In this document: piece after piece, positions 1 to 13,917 of the stretch | How positions within the stretch are numbered: position 1 is the stretch's first letter | Layout of the letters: each line of letters begins with the position of its first letter | Assembly: GCF_009914755.1 (NCBI RefSeq) | Contig: NC_060932.1 | From: the human T2T-CHM13v2.0 reference genome, Homo sapiens | DNA: 64,000 nt | Direction: 5' to 3' (one strand) | Position numbers and translations under genes: made by a program | Notes under the pieces: generated by a model | Seen by the model: the letters and a program-made list of their open reading frames with translations, nothing else | Database searches by the model: none | What the model was told of the DNA's origin: nothing

Positions 1-483
1 AATCTTTAATGAAACTCAAATGTCAAGGCCTTCCAGAGACCATTATTATCACATATATCTGAATGTATGACTGCATCTATTGTTAATGCTACTCCACTTA
101 AACATAGTATGTGTTATTTGTTTTTAACCAATTTAAGAGAAAACTGAATGCGGGGCACCAACATTGAACATTTCATGGAGAAGTCGCCATCTTCTGAAGG
201 TACTAGATTCAACAGCCACTGTTCTTTGAACGACAGGTGCACTCCAATTGGTCTAAGACATTTATTCCAATCTTCACTGCCTCAAAAACCAAATTATCCA
301 CTAAAAGTTCAGCTTTAAAACTGCTTCTTTATTAATGCATTCAAAGGGCTAATTTCCAGGGTTTGCAGTTTAGGGCTACTTAACTTTCAGGAGTTCCCAA
401 GTTCTAATAGATTTATTTTCACTTGCATTTCATGTGTCATCATGTTAAAAGAGAAATACAACACATAAAAGTCAGTATGCTCT

Positions 484-960
484 ATCCATTAACCCATCTA
501 TGGACATTTATGTGGTTTCCCTGTCTTGGCTTAATGAACATGGGAGTGCAGGTATCTCTTCAAGATACTGACTTCAATTTCTTTCAATCTATATCCAGAA
601 GTGGAAATCAACAAGACATGGAAACACAAGTATTGTATGAACTCACTTATATGTGGAATCTAAAACAATCAAACTCTTAGAAGCAGAGAGAAGAATGGCA
701 GCTGCCAAGAGCTGGCAGGAAGCAGAAATGGGGATGTAATGGTTAAAGGGTACAAAATTTCAGTTATGCAAGATAAATAAGTCCTCGAGGTCTCCTATAC
801 AGCACAGTACCTATAGTTAACAATACTGCATTGTACACTTTAAAATGCTAAGATGGTAGATCTTATGTTAAGCGTTCTGACCCAGTAAAATATTTTAACA
901 ACAAAGGACATGGGAGGAAACTTTGGGAGGTGACAGATATTTTATGACCTTGATAAAATG
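484..960 (+). mobile_element. Old L1 (L1MA/L1MB-type) 3' end with inverted 5' segment
   Basis: About 484-607 resembles antisense L1 (GTGCAGGTATCTCTTCAAGATACTGA). About 608-955 is sense L1 3' UTR (CTCACTTATATGTGGAATCTAAAA). Confidence 0.75.
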
Positions 961-1595
961 GTTCTTTATAAAAGTTAGTGCTCTCACTTTCTTTTATTAT
1001 CAATAACAAGAGTCAGAATAACACAATTCCAAATGGTACTAATCAAATTAAAAAGTCAAAAGCAAATTGTACTTAAACAGTCCATATATGTATACAGAGA
1101 CAGATATAGACAGAGAGGACTCTCCACCTTTCATGTACTGCAGCCTTGTTTTTGCCTCATTTCTCTTCTACCCCATTATATAATGTTCTATCTAAAACCA
1201 ATGCTCCCTCTTCCTTACCAACCTCTCATTCATAAACCAACTCTCACTCTGTCATGACTCTTTAATCGATCTTTTCAATTTTTTTGAGGAAGAGAGTAGG
1301 AAGAACATTCACTCCCTGGTAACACCGACGTCAACGGTCCTGAAGCCATCCCCAGCCTAAAGGAGCCTCAGCCTTGGCCGTTGTCGGCCCTCATCACCTC
1401 AAGAGAGTTTCTGAGCCACACAGATTTAAACATACTAAAGAATTACAGATTAGAGAGCTCACAACCACAGGGAAAGTGCTGCCTATCACTTAAGACACTG
1501 AGAAAATACATATAAAAATCTCTACAAGCAATTAAAAATAACACATTTTAAGAAAGGGAAGAAAGAGTCTCCCCAGAGAGAAGATCCTTGATTTG

Positions 1596-1917
1596 CACTG
1601 TCCAGGATGGCAGCCACCAGGCCCACATGGCCACCAAGCACTCGAAATTTGGCTTGTCCAATCTGAGATGTGCTGGAAGTGCAGAATACACACTGCAAGG
1701 CAAAGACTCAGTATGAAAATAAGGAGAGAAATCTCATCAATAACTTTTTACCTTGACTACATGCTAAAATGATAGTATTTTGCACGTATTGGGTTAAATA
1801 CACTATTTGAATTAATTTCTTAATTTCACCTGTTTCTTTTGACTTTTTTTTTTTTTTACCATGGCTACTAGAAAGTTTAATATGTGGATCACATCATGTT
1901 CCCACTGGACAGGGCTG
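1596..1917. mobile_element. MER33-like hAT-Charlie DNA transposon
   Basis: Terminal inverted repeats CACTGTCCA...TGGACAGGGCTG and typical internal sequence. Confidence 0.75.
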
Positions 1918-2018
1918 GCCTAGCGCTGCCCTTCACACGCACCTTCAGGACCTCGGCATTCTCGGGTTATAGCGCTGATCTCAATTACATGTAAAGACGA
2001 ATGCAGGTACATATGAAA

Positions 2019-2174
2019 CAGTGGTTCTCAAAGTATCCTCCCAGAATAAAAGTTTAAGTTGTCAGCAACTACCCCAGACCTACTGAATCAGCAACACAGG
2101 GGTGGAACGCAGCAATCTGTGCTTCAACAAGCCTTCCAGGGGATCTGACACATGCTCAAGTCTGAAAACCATGG
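2019..2174. mobile_element. MER5A DNA transposon
   Basis: CAGTGGTTCTCAAA...CCCCAGACCTACTGAATCAG...TGAAAACCA. Confidence 0.85.
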
Positions 2175-2176
2175 CT

Positions 2177-2503
2177 GTCTTCGTCTGTTTTGTGCTGTTA
2201 TAACAGAATACCTGAGACTGGATGATATATAAAGAACAGAAATGTATTTTCTCACAGTTCTGGAGGCTGGAAGTCCAAGATCAAGACATTTGGCATTTGG
2301 TGAGGGCATTATTCATTCGTCCTCATGTAGCAGAAGGCAGAAGGACAAGCAAGCCAACAAGAAAATGCTGTGTGAAGCCTCTTTCTTAAGGGCCTTAATC
2401 CATTAACAAGGGAAGGACCCTCATGGCCTAAACACCTCTTAAAGGTCCCATGTCTTAATACATCACATTGGCAACACCTGAATGTCAGAGGGGACCCATT
2501 CAG
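2177..2503 (-). mobile_element. MaLR LTR (MLT1/MST-like)
   Basis: TCTCACAGTTCTGGAGGCTGGAAGTCCAAGATCAAG signature. Confidence 0.85.
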
Positions 2504-2530
2504 GTGGGTCCTGAAGAAAGGACAGAGAAG

Positions 2531-2590
2531 AAAATCTCCAACAAATGTTCCCAGTCATTGAAAATCTATAACAAATGTTCCCAATCATTT
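2531..2590. repeat. Imperfect 30-bp tandem duplication
   Basis: AAAATCT(cc/at)AACAAATGTTCCCA(g/a)TCATT twice. Confidence 0.85.
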
Positions 2591-3379
2591 GAAGTGATTG
2601 TCAAACATAACCATGCTGTGGCCCTACGGCAACCTGGACTTTAGGGAAACAGCCCCTTCGATTCCATATGGAGCATGAAGACCCCTGAGAAAGACTTGCT
2701 GCTTCATGAATGGGGTCAGACTTCCTCAATTGTCCAGGGCCAGATGTGCTTCCAGATCCCACAGGCTGAGCACATGCCAGGCACTAACTCGGGCTGTCAG
2801 GATGTAAAGAGTCCTACTTTCCAACCCACAGGAAACATGGAATGCAGAGGGAATGAAGAGGAGGAAAGACAGAAGAAAAGAACATTTAAAGCAGTTTTCA
2901 ATATTCTAGAAGACGTATCATGTATCCACAGGGTGAAAAAACAACAAACACATTCATATTCCTTCATTTCACTGGTGTTATTTTAAGTTGAAAGAGACAG
3001 GAAAAAACAGACATTTAATATGAAAATGTAGATAAGCTAAGAAATAGATAAGTAGGGAGGGAATGCAGAAAAAGGAGGAAGAAAAGGGCAGGAAAAGGAC
3101 AGCAAAACTTAATTATCAACCCATTTCTGTATGTGTACATACGTATTTGCACAGATGGCACTATACCATAATACCCTGTTCTATCAATTCTAAGATTAAT
3201 ATGTATTCACATTTTAATGACTCTGTGAAATCAGAATATGTCTTAAAATTTCTGTTGTTAGATTTGGTAATGTTTTGGTATTTGTATTCTGTTCTTGGAA
3301 TCTCATTTCTAAACACGACAATCCAGCTGATTGGCTTCCGAATGCTTAGACGGTTGTTTATATTACAGTTATTTAATGG

Positions 3380-3650
3380 TTAAAATGTCCATAATCAATG
3401 AGTGGATAAAAACACTGTCGTGTGTGTGTGTGTATACACACACACACACACACACACACACCGGATCCCCACTTTGGGGACTCAGGGGGAAAGGGTGGGA
3501 AGGGGGTGAGGGATAAAAGACTACAAGTTGGGTTCAGTGTATACTGCTTGGGTGATGGGTCCACCAAAATCTCACAAATCACCACTAAAGAACTTACTCG
3601 TGTAACCAAATACCACCTGTTCCCTAAACACCTATGGAAATAAAAAAATT
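3380..3650 (+). mobile_element. L1PB-like 3' end containing a (TG)n-TA-(CA)n microsatellite
   Basis: GGGTGATGGG...AAAATCTCACAAATCACCACTAAAGAACTTA...AATAAAAAA. Confidence 0.85.
3421..3461. repeat. (TG)6 TATA (CA)n microsatellite
   Basis: Directly visible. Confidence 0.95.
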
Positions 3651-4966
3651 TTAATAAAGTTATGTAATGGTTAGAGGTAATTTTTAAAAAAGAAATATAT
3701 ACTCATTCAGATCCGTTCAATTGTGTTTTTTCTCCCTACATAAGGCATGCTAACCAGGAATAATATGAAAAATTCAGCTAAGAAGGGGCTTCCAATTTTA
3801 GAATTCCTATTCTAGAATTCCTATTAATAGTACTCAGGACAATGTATGATGGGCTTAACAGTCCACACTACACTTCAGCTGAAGTCTACACCTCCCTGAA
3901 TCACAGCTACTATGCATTTAATAGGAAACCATTATGATTTAGAACTTCAATGTTGCTAGTGCCAATACTATTATCCTATGGCAGGTGATGCATGTCAAGA
4001 TACCAATTCTTTCCACAATAATATTCAGCAGCTTAATTACATACATAAACCTTATGGTATAGAAGAAAACACTGCTCTTTAATTTAATGCAAAATTTTTA
4101 ATTTCTCAATATAATCAGCTATGTGGAAACTACCTGCCATTCATTGTTCCTTTTGCTATGTTATATGTCAAGCATCTCTCTCCTCCCCTTCTCAATTCTT
4201 GAGGCTTCTCAATTTTTCTTGGTCTAACTCCTAGAATCACATTCTCTTCTTTTGATTCCTCTCACTTTTGCTGCCTTCTTTGGACCTTTTCCATTTTTAC
4301 TCTGCTTCCTGTGAAATTCTATGAGCAGCACCAAGTAAAACATTCAAGGACAGACTGACTTATATTCCCCTAAGATTATAATTTTTTCTAAATCACTCTA
4401 AATTGCATTTTAATATACGTAAATGTGTGTCTGTGTGTGTCTACATTTTAACTCTGCTGCCCTCTGAACAGATGCTATGATGGAGCTCTGTGCTAATAGC
4501 ACCTAAATCTTTTCCTTGAGAAGTACAGCTAATTGAAAAGTCATCTATTTTGAAGGGCAGTTGAGATTATTCCTTCTAATATGCATTCATTCAGCTTCGG
4601 CTCCCCTGTGGTAAGATATGGTTTATCTCCCAATCATCAGGGAGCATGACTTTAGTAGGTTAGGGTTAGACTTTGTCACTGGCCTATTTCAAGGAAAAAT
4701 ACAAAGTTAGGTTCCCTTTGAAGCCAGAGAGCCTAAGGCACGATGGTCTGTCTCTGGATCTTAGCATAATACACTGGCCAGTATAGTAGTAAAATATTGT
4801 ATCATATCTACAGGATCCGTTAACATTCTCAATATAGTTCAGCATTAACATTGTGAATGCTGGCAAGGGAATCCTTAAAGGAATTCTAGGTAGAAATGGG
4901 AATGTTGGGCACTCAACAAATCTAAACCTTTCAATAAATTAAGATTTGTTGTGATTATAAAGAACA

Positions 4967-5260
<294 letters not shown>

Positions 5261-5329
5261 AAGAAAAAAAAAGTTTCACTAAAAGATCTGATCTACTTTT
5301 AGGAAATTACCCTCGATAAAGTAATGCTG

Positions 5330-6545
5330 AACAAATGTGACCATAGACACCCAGCTCGTCTACTTTGTTCTCAAGTCTATAATCTCTCCTTGTGGCTAAA
5401 TCCAGTTATCACTTTTTAGTCCTTAACTGAATGTGTGTGCAGAATCTGACACTCGTAATCTCTCCACTCCTTCTTGAAACTTGCCTCTCCCATGGCTTCT
5501 CTAACCATCACATGAGTCTCCTGACTTTTTCCACTTCTCAAGACATTTCCTGGGGACACTCTTACAGTGCACATCCCTGGTTACAAATCCCTCGTTCTCT
5601 GAATCAGTTCTTTTCTCTCCCTGAATGATTTCCTCTTCTACACTAACAGCTTCACCCACCACCTGTATACCATACCCCTTTCTTGGATGTCTTAAAGGCA
5701 TCTCAAACTCTCAATATGCAACCATAAACTTGGCATCTTCTCCATGAAGGCTGCTCTTCCTCCTTGATTCCCTATCATGGTAGAAAGCAATACCTTACAC
5801 TTGCCAGTCAACCAAGCCAAATCCAGGGGAGGTCCAGTGACAAGGTGGTCTTTCCTTCCCAAAATCCTTCCTATGTCATCAGCCACCAGGTTCTGCTTCT
5901 ACTTCTTTATTATTTCTAAAGTTACTCCCTTCCCTCCATCTCATTGCCATGTGACCCACATCTTCATACTGCAGCTACAGAGCATGTTTCTTGAATTCAA
6001 ATTCGGTCATATCTCTCTCCTCCTTACAACATTTCTGTGATTCTTTGCTACCTTCAGGAGAAAACCCAACCTCCATGGCACAGCCCTGAGGCTCAATGAG
6101 GAAGTCTCCTGCTTCCCTCTCCAACCCCCTCATGTCGCAGGCTCTCCACACTTACCGCAAGCGTTCCCCAAATACACTCTGCTCTCTGGCCTCCCTGCCA
6201 GACACAAGCATACAGACACTTTTCCCCTGTTGGCAATTCCCACGAATACTCAGACAACACCTCTTGACCTGGCTTGGGGAAGGCCTTCTAGATAACTAGC
6301 TCTCATCCAGGTACCTTTCCTATGTGCTACCTCAAGACTACGTCCATACCATCCCATAGCGCTGGACACAGCAAATGACTGGGTTTTTTTTTTTTATGTA
6401 CACCTATGTATCAGCTGGCCTTTCCTCCTAGATGGTGAATTCTTTGAGAGTGTCTTTTTTATCTCCCCTTGTCAGTACTGATTCCAGTAACTGGCACATA
6501 GCAAATGTCGAATAATTGCCAAATAAATGAATGAATGAATGCATG
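5330..6545 (+). mobile_element. L2 fragments
   Basis: TGGATGTC...GGCATCTCAAACTC..ATATG and a 3' end CTGGCACATAG...TGAATGAATGAATG. Confidence 0.65.
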
Positions 6546-7241
6546 CATTCCTTCAGACTCCACATCAGTCTCAAAGGAGCAATTTCACATGCTAAAAACT
6601 GCCTATGAAAAGGATAAAAAAAAGGAAGCTAGGACTATGACATAATTACCTTACTACATCAATACACTGCTTGTATTAACAGGGTCAATGACAAGTAAAA
6701 GCAAATGAATGCATTCGAGTATCATAAAACATGCTGTATGTTAAGCCTTGGGGCTTTGAAATTTGGGCATCTAAGACTTTGGCTATCTGCAACAACAACA
6801 AAAAAATGTGTATGTATCCTCGAGACAAATTGTAGGAAAAGTAAATGCAGAGGAAAGTTTGATGTTTTACATGTATCATTCATAGAACAACAGTGACTAT
6901 ACGACCCACGGCCCCTGCTCGTGTTGCAGTCCCTGAGTCTGACCTGGATGGGGCGGCCGGCAGTGAGCATGGCCCTCACATGCCTGCTAACCCCAGACCC
7001 CTTCTCTGCTTCAGAAATACAAAGTCAGCAAGAGAAGGGACCTGGAGCAACTAGATAGCAAACAGAAAAGAGTGCATTGCACGGGGTCCTACCAGTTTAG
7101 AAGAGTCTTAGAAAGGATACCTCAGGAAGTTATCAGCCTCAGGAAAGTGCCTCAGGGGACTGTATGCTCCCATCCTCACTACTTGACTCTTCTCTGTACA
7201 TATTCTTTTCTTGGGTGTCTTATTTCTTTTGTTATTCTGCC

Positions 7242-7532
<291 letters not shown>

Positions 7533-7784
7533 TATTCTGCTCTTTTTTTGATGCTAAGGATCCCTAAATCTGCACATTAGGCCTCAGCCTCTGAAGTTCT
7601 TGTCATGTGTTTCCAACTGTCTGAGAGAAACAAAACTCCTCCAACTGGGGATACAGAACATAATAACAGAAAAGGCAGAAACCTCCTCTAACACTGCTGG
7701 GGGCTTCCTGACAAGGCCTCATGTAGAAAGGTCTCAAATAAACTGCAGTGTTGAAGAGGGCACACCAAAAGGGGCAGGAGTTAA

Positions 7785-7925
7785 GCACCCAGCACTGACA
7801 TCACACATGACTGGCTGGATCCCCAAATCCACCCTTACTACCTGTGTCAACCAGGCAAAGGTTTCTTAATCTCCCTAGGCCTCAATCACCTCATCTGAAA
7901 CCTAGGAATGATAACGGCAGTCACC
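7785..7925. mobile_element. MIR
   Basis: Degenerate core: CTTAATCTCCCTAGGCCTCAATCACCTCATCTGAAA. Confidence 0.65.
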
Positions 7926-8006
7926 ATATCAAGGGATCAACTGTTGTATTCACAGATTATTTTCAATATGCCTACAAAACCTCTAGTATTTCCTAAATCT
8001 TAACTT

Positions 8007-8031
8007 AAAAAAAAAAAAAAAAAAAAAAAAA
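8007..8031. repeat. A25 homopolymer
   Basis: Directly visible. Confidence 0.95.
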
Positions 8032-8809
8032 CACTTGACTATTCTCTAAACGTTGTCCCTAAAACCCTCCTTGCCTTTCCCACAAAACTTCTAGAAAGAT
8101 GGTCTATATATGGTCCATATTTATGCTTGGTCCCTCTACATTCAGCTCAACATTCCACGGAAACATCTCCTTTGGGTTAACAATGGCCTAACTGGCGATT
8201 ATAGCTCTTGTTCATGAATCTTGTTTGCAGTGATGAGGCAAATCAGAAAAGAAAAGAAGGCGTTCATCATGGTAGGGGCCTCAAGGCAAACTGCTTAGAT
8301 GGGCTAAGGTGTTTACTTACCTGGAGGAACCAGAAACAGCACAGTGGAAGGGATGGAGGAGGAATGGTATTGCAGAAGGGAAGCCAAAACTCAGCAACAG
8401 AGGAGGATACTAAAACCAGAATCAAGCAGTGAGCATACCTAGCTAGGGAAAACATTAGGTACCAGAGGACATGAACAAGCTGAGATCCAGAATTTAAGCC
8501 AGATGGAAGCCAGAAGTTCAGAACTCTGAACACCTGGGCCCATTTTTAAAAGGTCCTGTAGTTATTTGATGCTTGGGTTGGCAGCACTCGTCCACAGCAC
8601 TTCTCAGTATTAACCCCCTCCTCCTCCACATCTTGGCAACACTCCCTCCCTGTTCTTCTCAAGACCCCTGGTCCTTAGTTCCTAAGAAGGCATCATCTCC
8701 CCCATCTCCACTGCAGTGTTGCACTCAGCGGGGGCTATCTTCTTGTCTTCCTACTCAGCTTGAGCTATGGCGCCAGGAATTCTAGCTCGTCTGATCACTG
8801 AATCTGTTT

Positions 8810-9175
8810 TTTAGTTTCTTCTTGGGAATGAAGCTAGAATGCACTTCCCAGCCTCCCCCGCCGTTAGGGTAGTTATGTGACCAGTTCTAGCTAACAGAAA
8901 GCAAGCACAAGTGGAGCTCCCTGTTTCTACTACTGGCCCTCAAAAGATCCCTGTTGAGATCCTTCGCCCTATTTTCACTGAGGGCAACTGTGGGAGGAGG
9001 ACAGTGAAGATGGAAGTGTTTCTTTCTATACAGAATGACTGCGAATGACTACACAGAGAAAAGCCTTCACTGCGAATCAGAAACACACATGTTGAATTTT
9101 ATGTGAGCATGAAATAAATTTCTACTGTGTTAAGCCACTGACATTTTGAGGTTTATCTGTTGCAGCAGCCAACAT
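8810..9175 (+). mobile_element. Old MLT1 LTR (I/J-like)
   Basis: CACTTCCCAGCCTCCC...AATAAATTTCTACTGTGTTAAGCCACTGA. Confidence 0.7.
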
Positions 9176-10724
9176 CTTCGCTGTTAAGTCCCAAATCTAG
9201 ATATCGTGAATCCAAAACTCTAGGCTTAACATTAGACCCAAATTTCTAACTTCTTTCCTGTCCTTCACCAGACTAACTTCTAATATTTTGCTGAAATTAT
9301 TCCCTAAACCTCTTGGACTGGGTTGGGTTTCTTCCATATGTGTTTCCAGAGCACCTTACTTATTATCATGTTAATTATTTAGTCATCTGCCTCCCCAACT
9401 CTATGGTGAAATTTTTGAGAGTAAAGACTGTGTTTTAATCTTGTTATCTTCTGTGTCCAGTTAGCATTCAGGAAGGGTTTCTTTTTGTTCTTCATTTTTA
9501 AATTAAAAGCAAAGTGCATTTAGTGGTACTAAGAAACAAGAACACATCACCAGTGATAAGTGAGTATTGGCAGCATATACCCCTGTTCAGTGTGATGACA
9601 AGAGCCCTTCACCTCCACAGTTGTTTTTCTCAAACCCATACCCCTAATCTAATCATGTGGAGAACAGTCTCTTATAAGAACAAATAGATGAATGACTAAA
9701 TATAGGAATTAGGATTTGTCATAAAAATATGAAGGTTCAAAAGTGATATGATCAAAGTTCATAAAATAATGAAGGGTATGGGGAGGAGAGGCTGAGTGGG
9801 GAAATTTTTAAATTAATCCCTAGCAAAACAGAAATAAAGAGAAATTATTAAATGTTGGAAGAAGGATTTTTTTTTAAGATTTAAGGACAAAATAAAGAAA
9901 GCTTTACTGAGAAGTTAGTGAACTTGAGCTTTTTAACTTCAAGAATTAAAGGCAAATATTTAAAAGCTATCAAAGAAAACTGGTTTGCTGAGAGTATTTC
10001 CCAGGCCTTTTGAGGTTGATCATGGAAGAAACAATATAGCTCTCCAGAACATATCCATCCCTTACACAGATCCCTGAAAGACAGGAGATATTTAAAGCCC
10101 CTTCTGTAATATTAAAATCATGGCTTAAATACATTCGAGTGGCGCTGCCTCATGTTCCACCAGCTAACATCCCAGTGACAATTCAGTTGGATGCTCCCAC
10201 CCACCGTGCAGTACCATTTAGGGCACCTATGAAGAGCCCAAGGCCGGGGGTGGGCGACCAAAAGTAGAGCTAGAAAACAATCCAGAATTTTCTAGGGCAC
10301 TCCTTCTGGGTCCTTCACCCCGCACATGCAGAATTTTCCTGTACACACCAAGGCAAAACTATTTCAAAGCCTATGAGTGACTTACAGAAATAACCGGCAT
10401 CCCCACTTTACGTCCACTTTCCATTCTCCACACCTGGGGAAATTCACATAAGGAAATAACTAGACTAATAAAAAGTTTTGCTCTTTCAGTGATTTCTATT
10501 AACTCTCTAAAAACTAACTTTTAAAATATAGACCATAAATTAGTGTTGGATTCTGTCCATCCTTGACCTTTCAATCACTTTCACTAGTTCAAGCCATTTA
10601 ACTTTCATCTGGAAAGGTATGACTGATCTACAGGAAGCTAAAACACAAAACAGACATTTTCCTTTCTCAGAAACAATGTTTAACTCAGAACTTCACTCTG
10701 AAAGATTCAAAGTAGCACACTCAC

Positions 10725-10837
10725 CTGTAGCTGGGATATAGTTAAAGGGTATCGGAATAATATCCAGGTGACACCTTCACTGCAAGGTGGGATGGTGAGA
10801 GAGCCTTCATACACCCAGTAATCCCGCAGCAGAGGGT
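10725..10837 (-). CDS. CA8: CA8 coding exon (likely exon 7, 113 bp): (D)[37 protein letters not shown]
   Basis: Acceptor TGTGCAG, donor CAG|GTGAGT. YxGSLTxPPC motif. Lies within ORF 10707..10994. Confidence 0.97.
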
Positions 10838-11159
10838 CTGCACAGCCACGTGGACATGTAATGGAAAAGGCAAGTGAATTAATAACAATCCTGATGACTC
10901 CAACAACAATTTTCAAAATTACAAACTGTCCAAATGATGCTTCTAAGATGGATGTCATTTTTAAACTAGAGCCCCACAGTCTTACACTACTCATTGTGGA
11001 GAAAATAATTGATAAAAAGCATGATGAATTCTCTATTATTTACAGTGATTTCTATCAATGGATTACTATAGATACCTGTCAAGTTTAATCACTTTAGAAG
11101 TGTATCTATATTTTGGGTTTTTTCACTTTATTAAAGAATTTACCTATTTCATATCTAAT

Positions 11160-11362
11160 ATTTATTGAATGCTTATGACGTGCCAGCAATTTACTTTAAT
11201 TCATTTAACCTTCACAACAAACCAGTGAGATAGGTAGTAATATTAATGTTATATTTCAGATGGGGAAACAGAATCTCAAAAGAGTAGTAGTTTGCCTGAG
11301 GTCACTCAGCTAATAATCACTGGCAGAGCCAGGATTCAAATTCAGGCAATCTGGCTTCATAA
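11160..11362. mobile_element. MIR
   Basis: CAGATGGGGAAACAGA...TTGCCTGAGGTCACTCAGCTA...GCCAGGATTCAAA. Confidence 0.8.
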
Positions 11363-11368
11363 CCTGTA

Positions 11369-11740
<372 letters not shown>

Positions 11741-12122
11741 TAAAACAAAATGAGTCATTCTTATGAAATCCTTTAGCTCTGCATTAGAGGAATTTATGAC
11801 TAATATGATGGATAAATGGTTAACATACGATAGAAATTGGTTTGTTGTAGAGCAATTAAATGTAGAAAATAGAAGATACAATGCATCAACTGGTTTTGTT
11901 TAAAACACTAAGGGACAGCACATAATTTGGGCAGAGAAATGTGAAGATCAAAATTTTATATACAACAACCTTTAAATCATATTCTGAGTACTTAATGTAT
12001 AATTGTTATCTGTACAGAAATACAAGTGGAATAATACATAATAATAGTATTACTGCAGAGAGGTAACCTTATAAAATTAGATACAAAGTTTATTTTACTC
12101 TAAAGATTAAGAACTCCACTGA

Positions 12123-12322
<200 letters not shown>

Positions 12323-12612
12323 AAAGTTATTTTATTATACTGATGCTTTACACAGAGGTAGCAATTTTTACAAATGACAATCCTACGAAAGCTCTTCATG
12401 GATCAATGGAACTAGTGGCAAAGTGTCTCTTTATTATTTCAAAAGGTTTACTTCCATATTTAGAGTAATCTGGAAATGGTATCTGCTAAACAGAATACAA
12501 ATTGCAAATAAGTTTTATTAATTAACAATATATAGTTTTACATAGTCTGAAGAAAACAATGTGACTATAGCCACAGTTAAAATTCATTTTATGCAATCAG
12601 GTAAATACTCAC

Positions 12613-12661
12613 CTGGTAATAAAGTGTTAGGATTAAAGCAAGGTATTGTTTTGGACTTCCC
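12613..12661 (-). CDS. CA8: CA8 coding exon (likely exon 6, 49 bp): GKSKTIPCFNPNTLLP(D)
   Basis: Acceptor TTTTCTTTTTCAG, donor CAG|GTGAGT. FNPxxLLP motif of alpha-CAs. Confidence 0.97.
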
Positions 12662-13917
12662 CTGAAAAAGAAAAAAATATTTACCCAATGTTAATGTAAT
12701 ATTTCTAGATTTTAGAATAAAAAATCTATTAGAACTAAAAAATTAGAATGAAGTCTTTTCTGAATGGCCTCATCAGGTCCCACAGACTTGTGGGTATCTC
12801 CTTCCACCTTCTCATTGGAGTAACATTGTCTGGTTCCTGCTCTAATTCTATGGCTATTTTCTTTGCTACCACAGTTCAATTCTCCCTGTAAGTCCTGGTG
12901 TGGAACCTACACTTGGTGCCCCATCTGCCCCATGTCAGTTACCTTTTCTGCTCTGAGCACATTCATAACAGAGATTTGGGCTAAATTCTCATTGTAAAAT
13001 GCCTGAACCCTGGATGGGGGAATTTTCAAAATGCCTTTCCTCCTGCTTGCTTTCATTTCAGCTCCTAACCTTTCCGGCATTACAACCAGGCTTGCAACTT
13101 CCTGTCTTGTCCTATTTGGATTTGGTAACTCAGCTCTGGGATCTATGCTAGATGCTCTCCTCATCTGGAAAGGGAGATCTGATATAGATGGAAATATTCT
13201 GTTCCGATCAGTGTTTATCAAAGCTAGATACAAATTTCAAGGGAATCATTTGTGCTCTTATTCAACAATTCACATTTAAGATCATCATTTTAAATCATGT
13301 CATTTAAATTGCTTAGACTTTAGAGGAAAATAGTCCTGTCATGTGACTCAGATGTTTCTTAAAAGATTTTTCTCTATTGATACAGATGCAATAGGGAAAG
13401 TTATTGCATAACCTCCAAGTCCCTTCCTGACTCCCTGGGACTATTTCAAACATTAAAGAATCTAGCTTACTTGCCTCCCCGATCCCCCTGAATTCCATAA
13501 TGACTGGTGTCCTATTAGATGATGAAATAAAGGAAATTTTCTCAGTCCACTGCAGTTGTACAAATATAAGTCAAAATGTGCCCTTATTGTCTTTTTATCA
13601 GCTTTTTTTATCTGGACTGGGCATCCCTTGGAAGCTGGGTTCCTTCCAAACCTACTCAGGAGATCTTCAGTGGAGGTTCTGCCTGGTTCAGGATACCCTG
13701 GGCTGTGCTAGTATAAAGCTAATCAAACTTGATTCCCAAATTGATCTTTCTTAAAACTGGCTTTGGGTCTCTGGATCCTCTGTAATTAAACAAGTTCAAT
13801 TTCTGCTCTGTATCTCCAGCAGCCCTACAAGACTAGACTACTTCCCCTCCCCAAGGCCACTCACATTCAGCTAAGTGTGAGCCAAGAAGGCACTGCTTAT
13901 AAGAGAGACTGGCATTG

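Noticed and set aside
4452-4470. CTCF-like CAGAGGGCAGCA on the minus strand
   Set aside because: Only a partial match; the 5' CCA of the core is missing.
6895-6965. Small CpG cluster (also about 1325-1390)
   Set aside because: Far too short for a CpG island and no other supporting signal.
8007-8031. A25 tract as a retrocopy tail (also about 31508 and 50413)
   Set aside because: No upstream RNA-derived body or TSD seen; likely simple slippage expansion.
10838-10994. N-terminal part of ORF 10707..10994
   Set aside because: Intronic sequence that happens to be open upstream of the exon 7 acceptor; no CA similarity.
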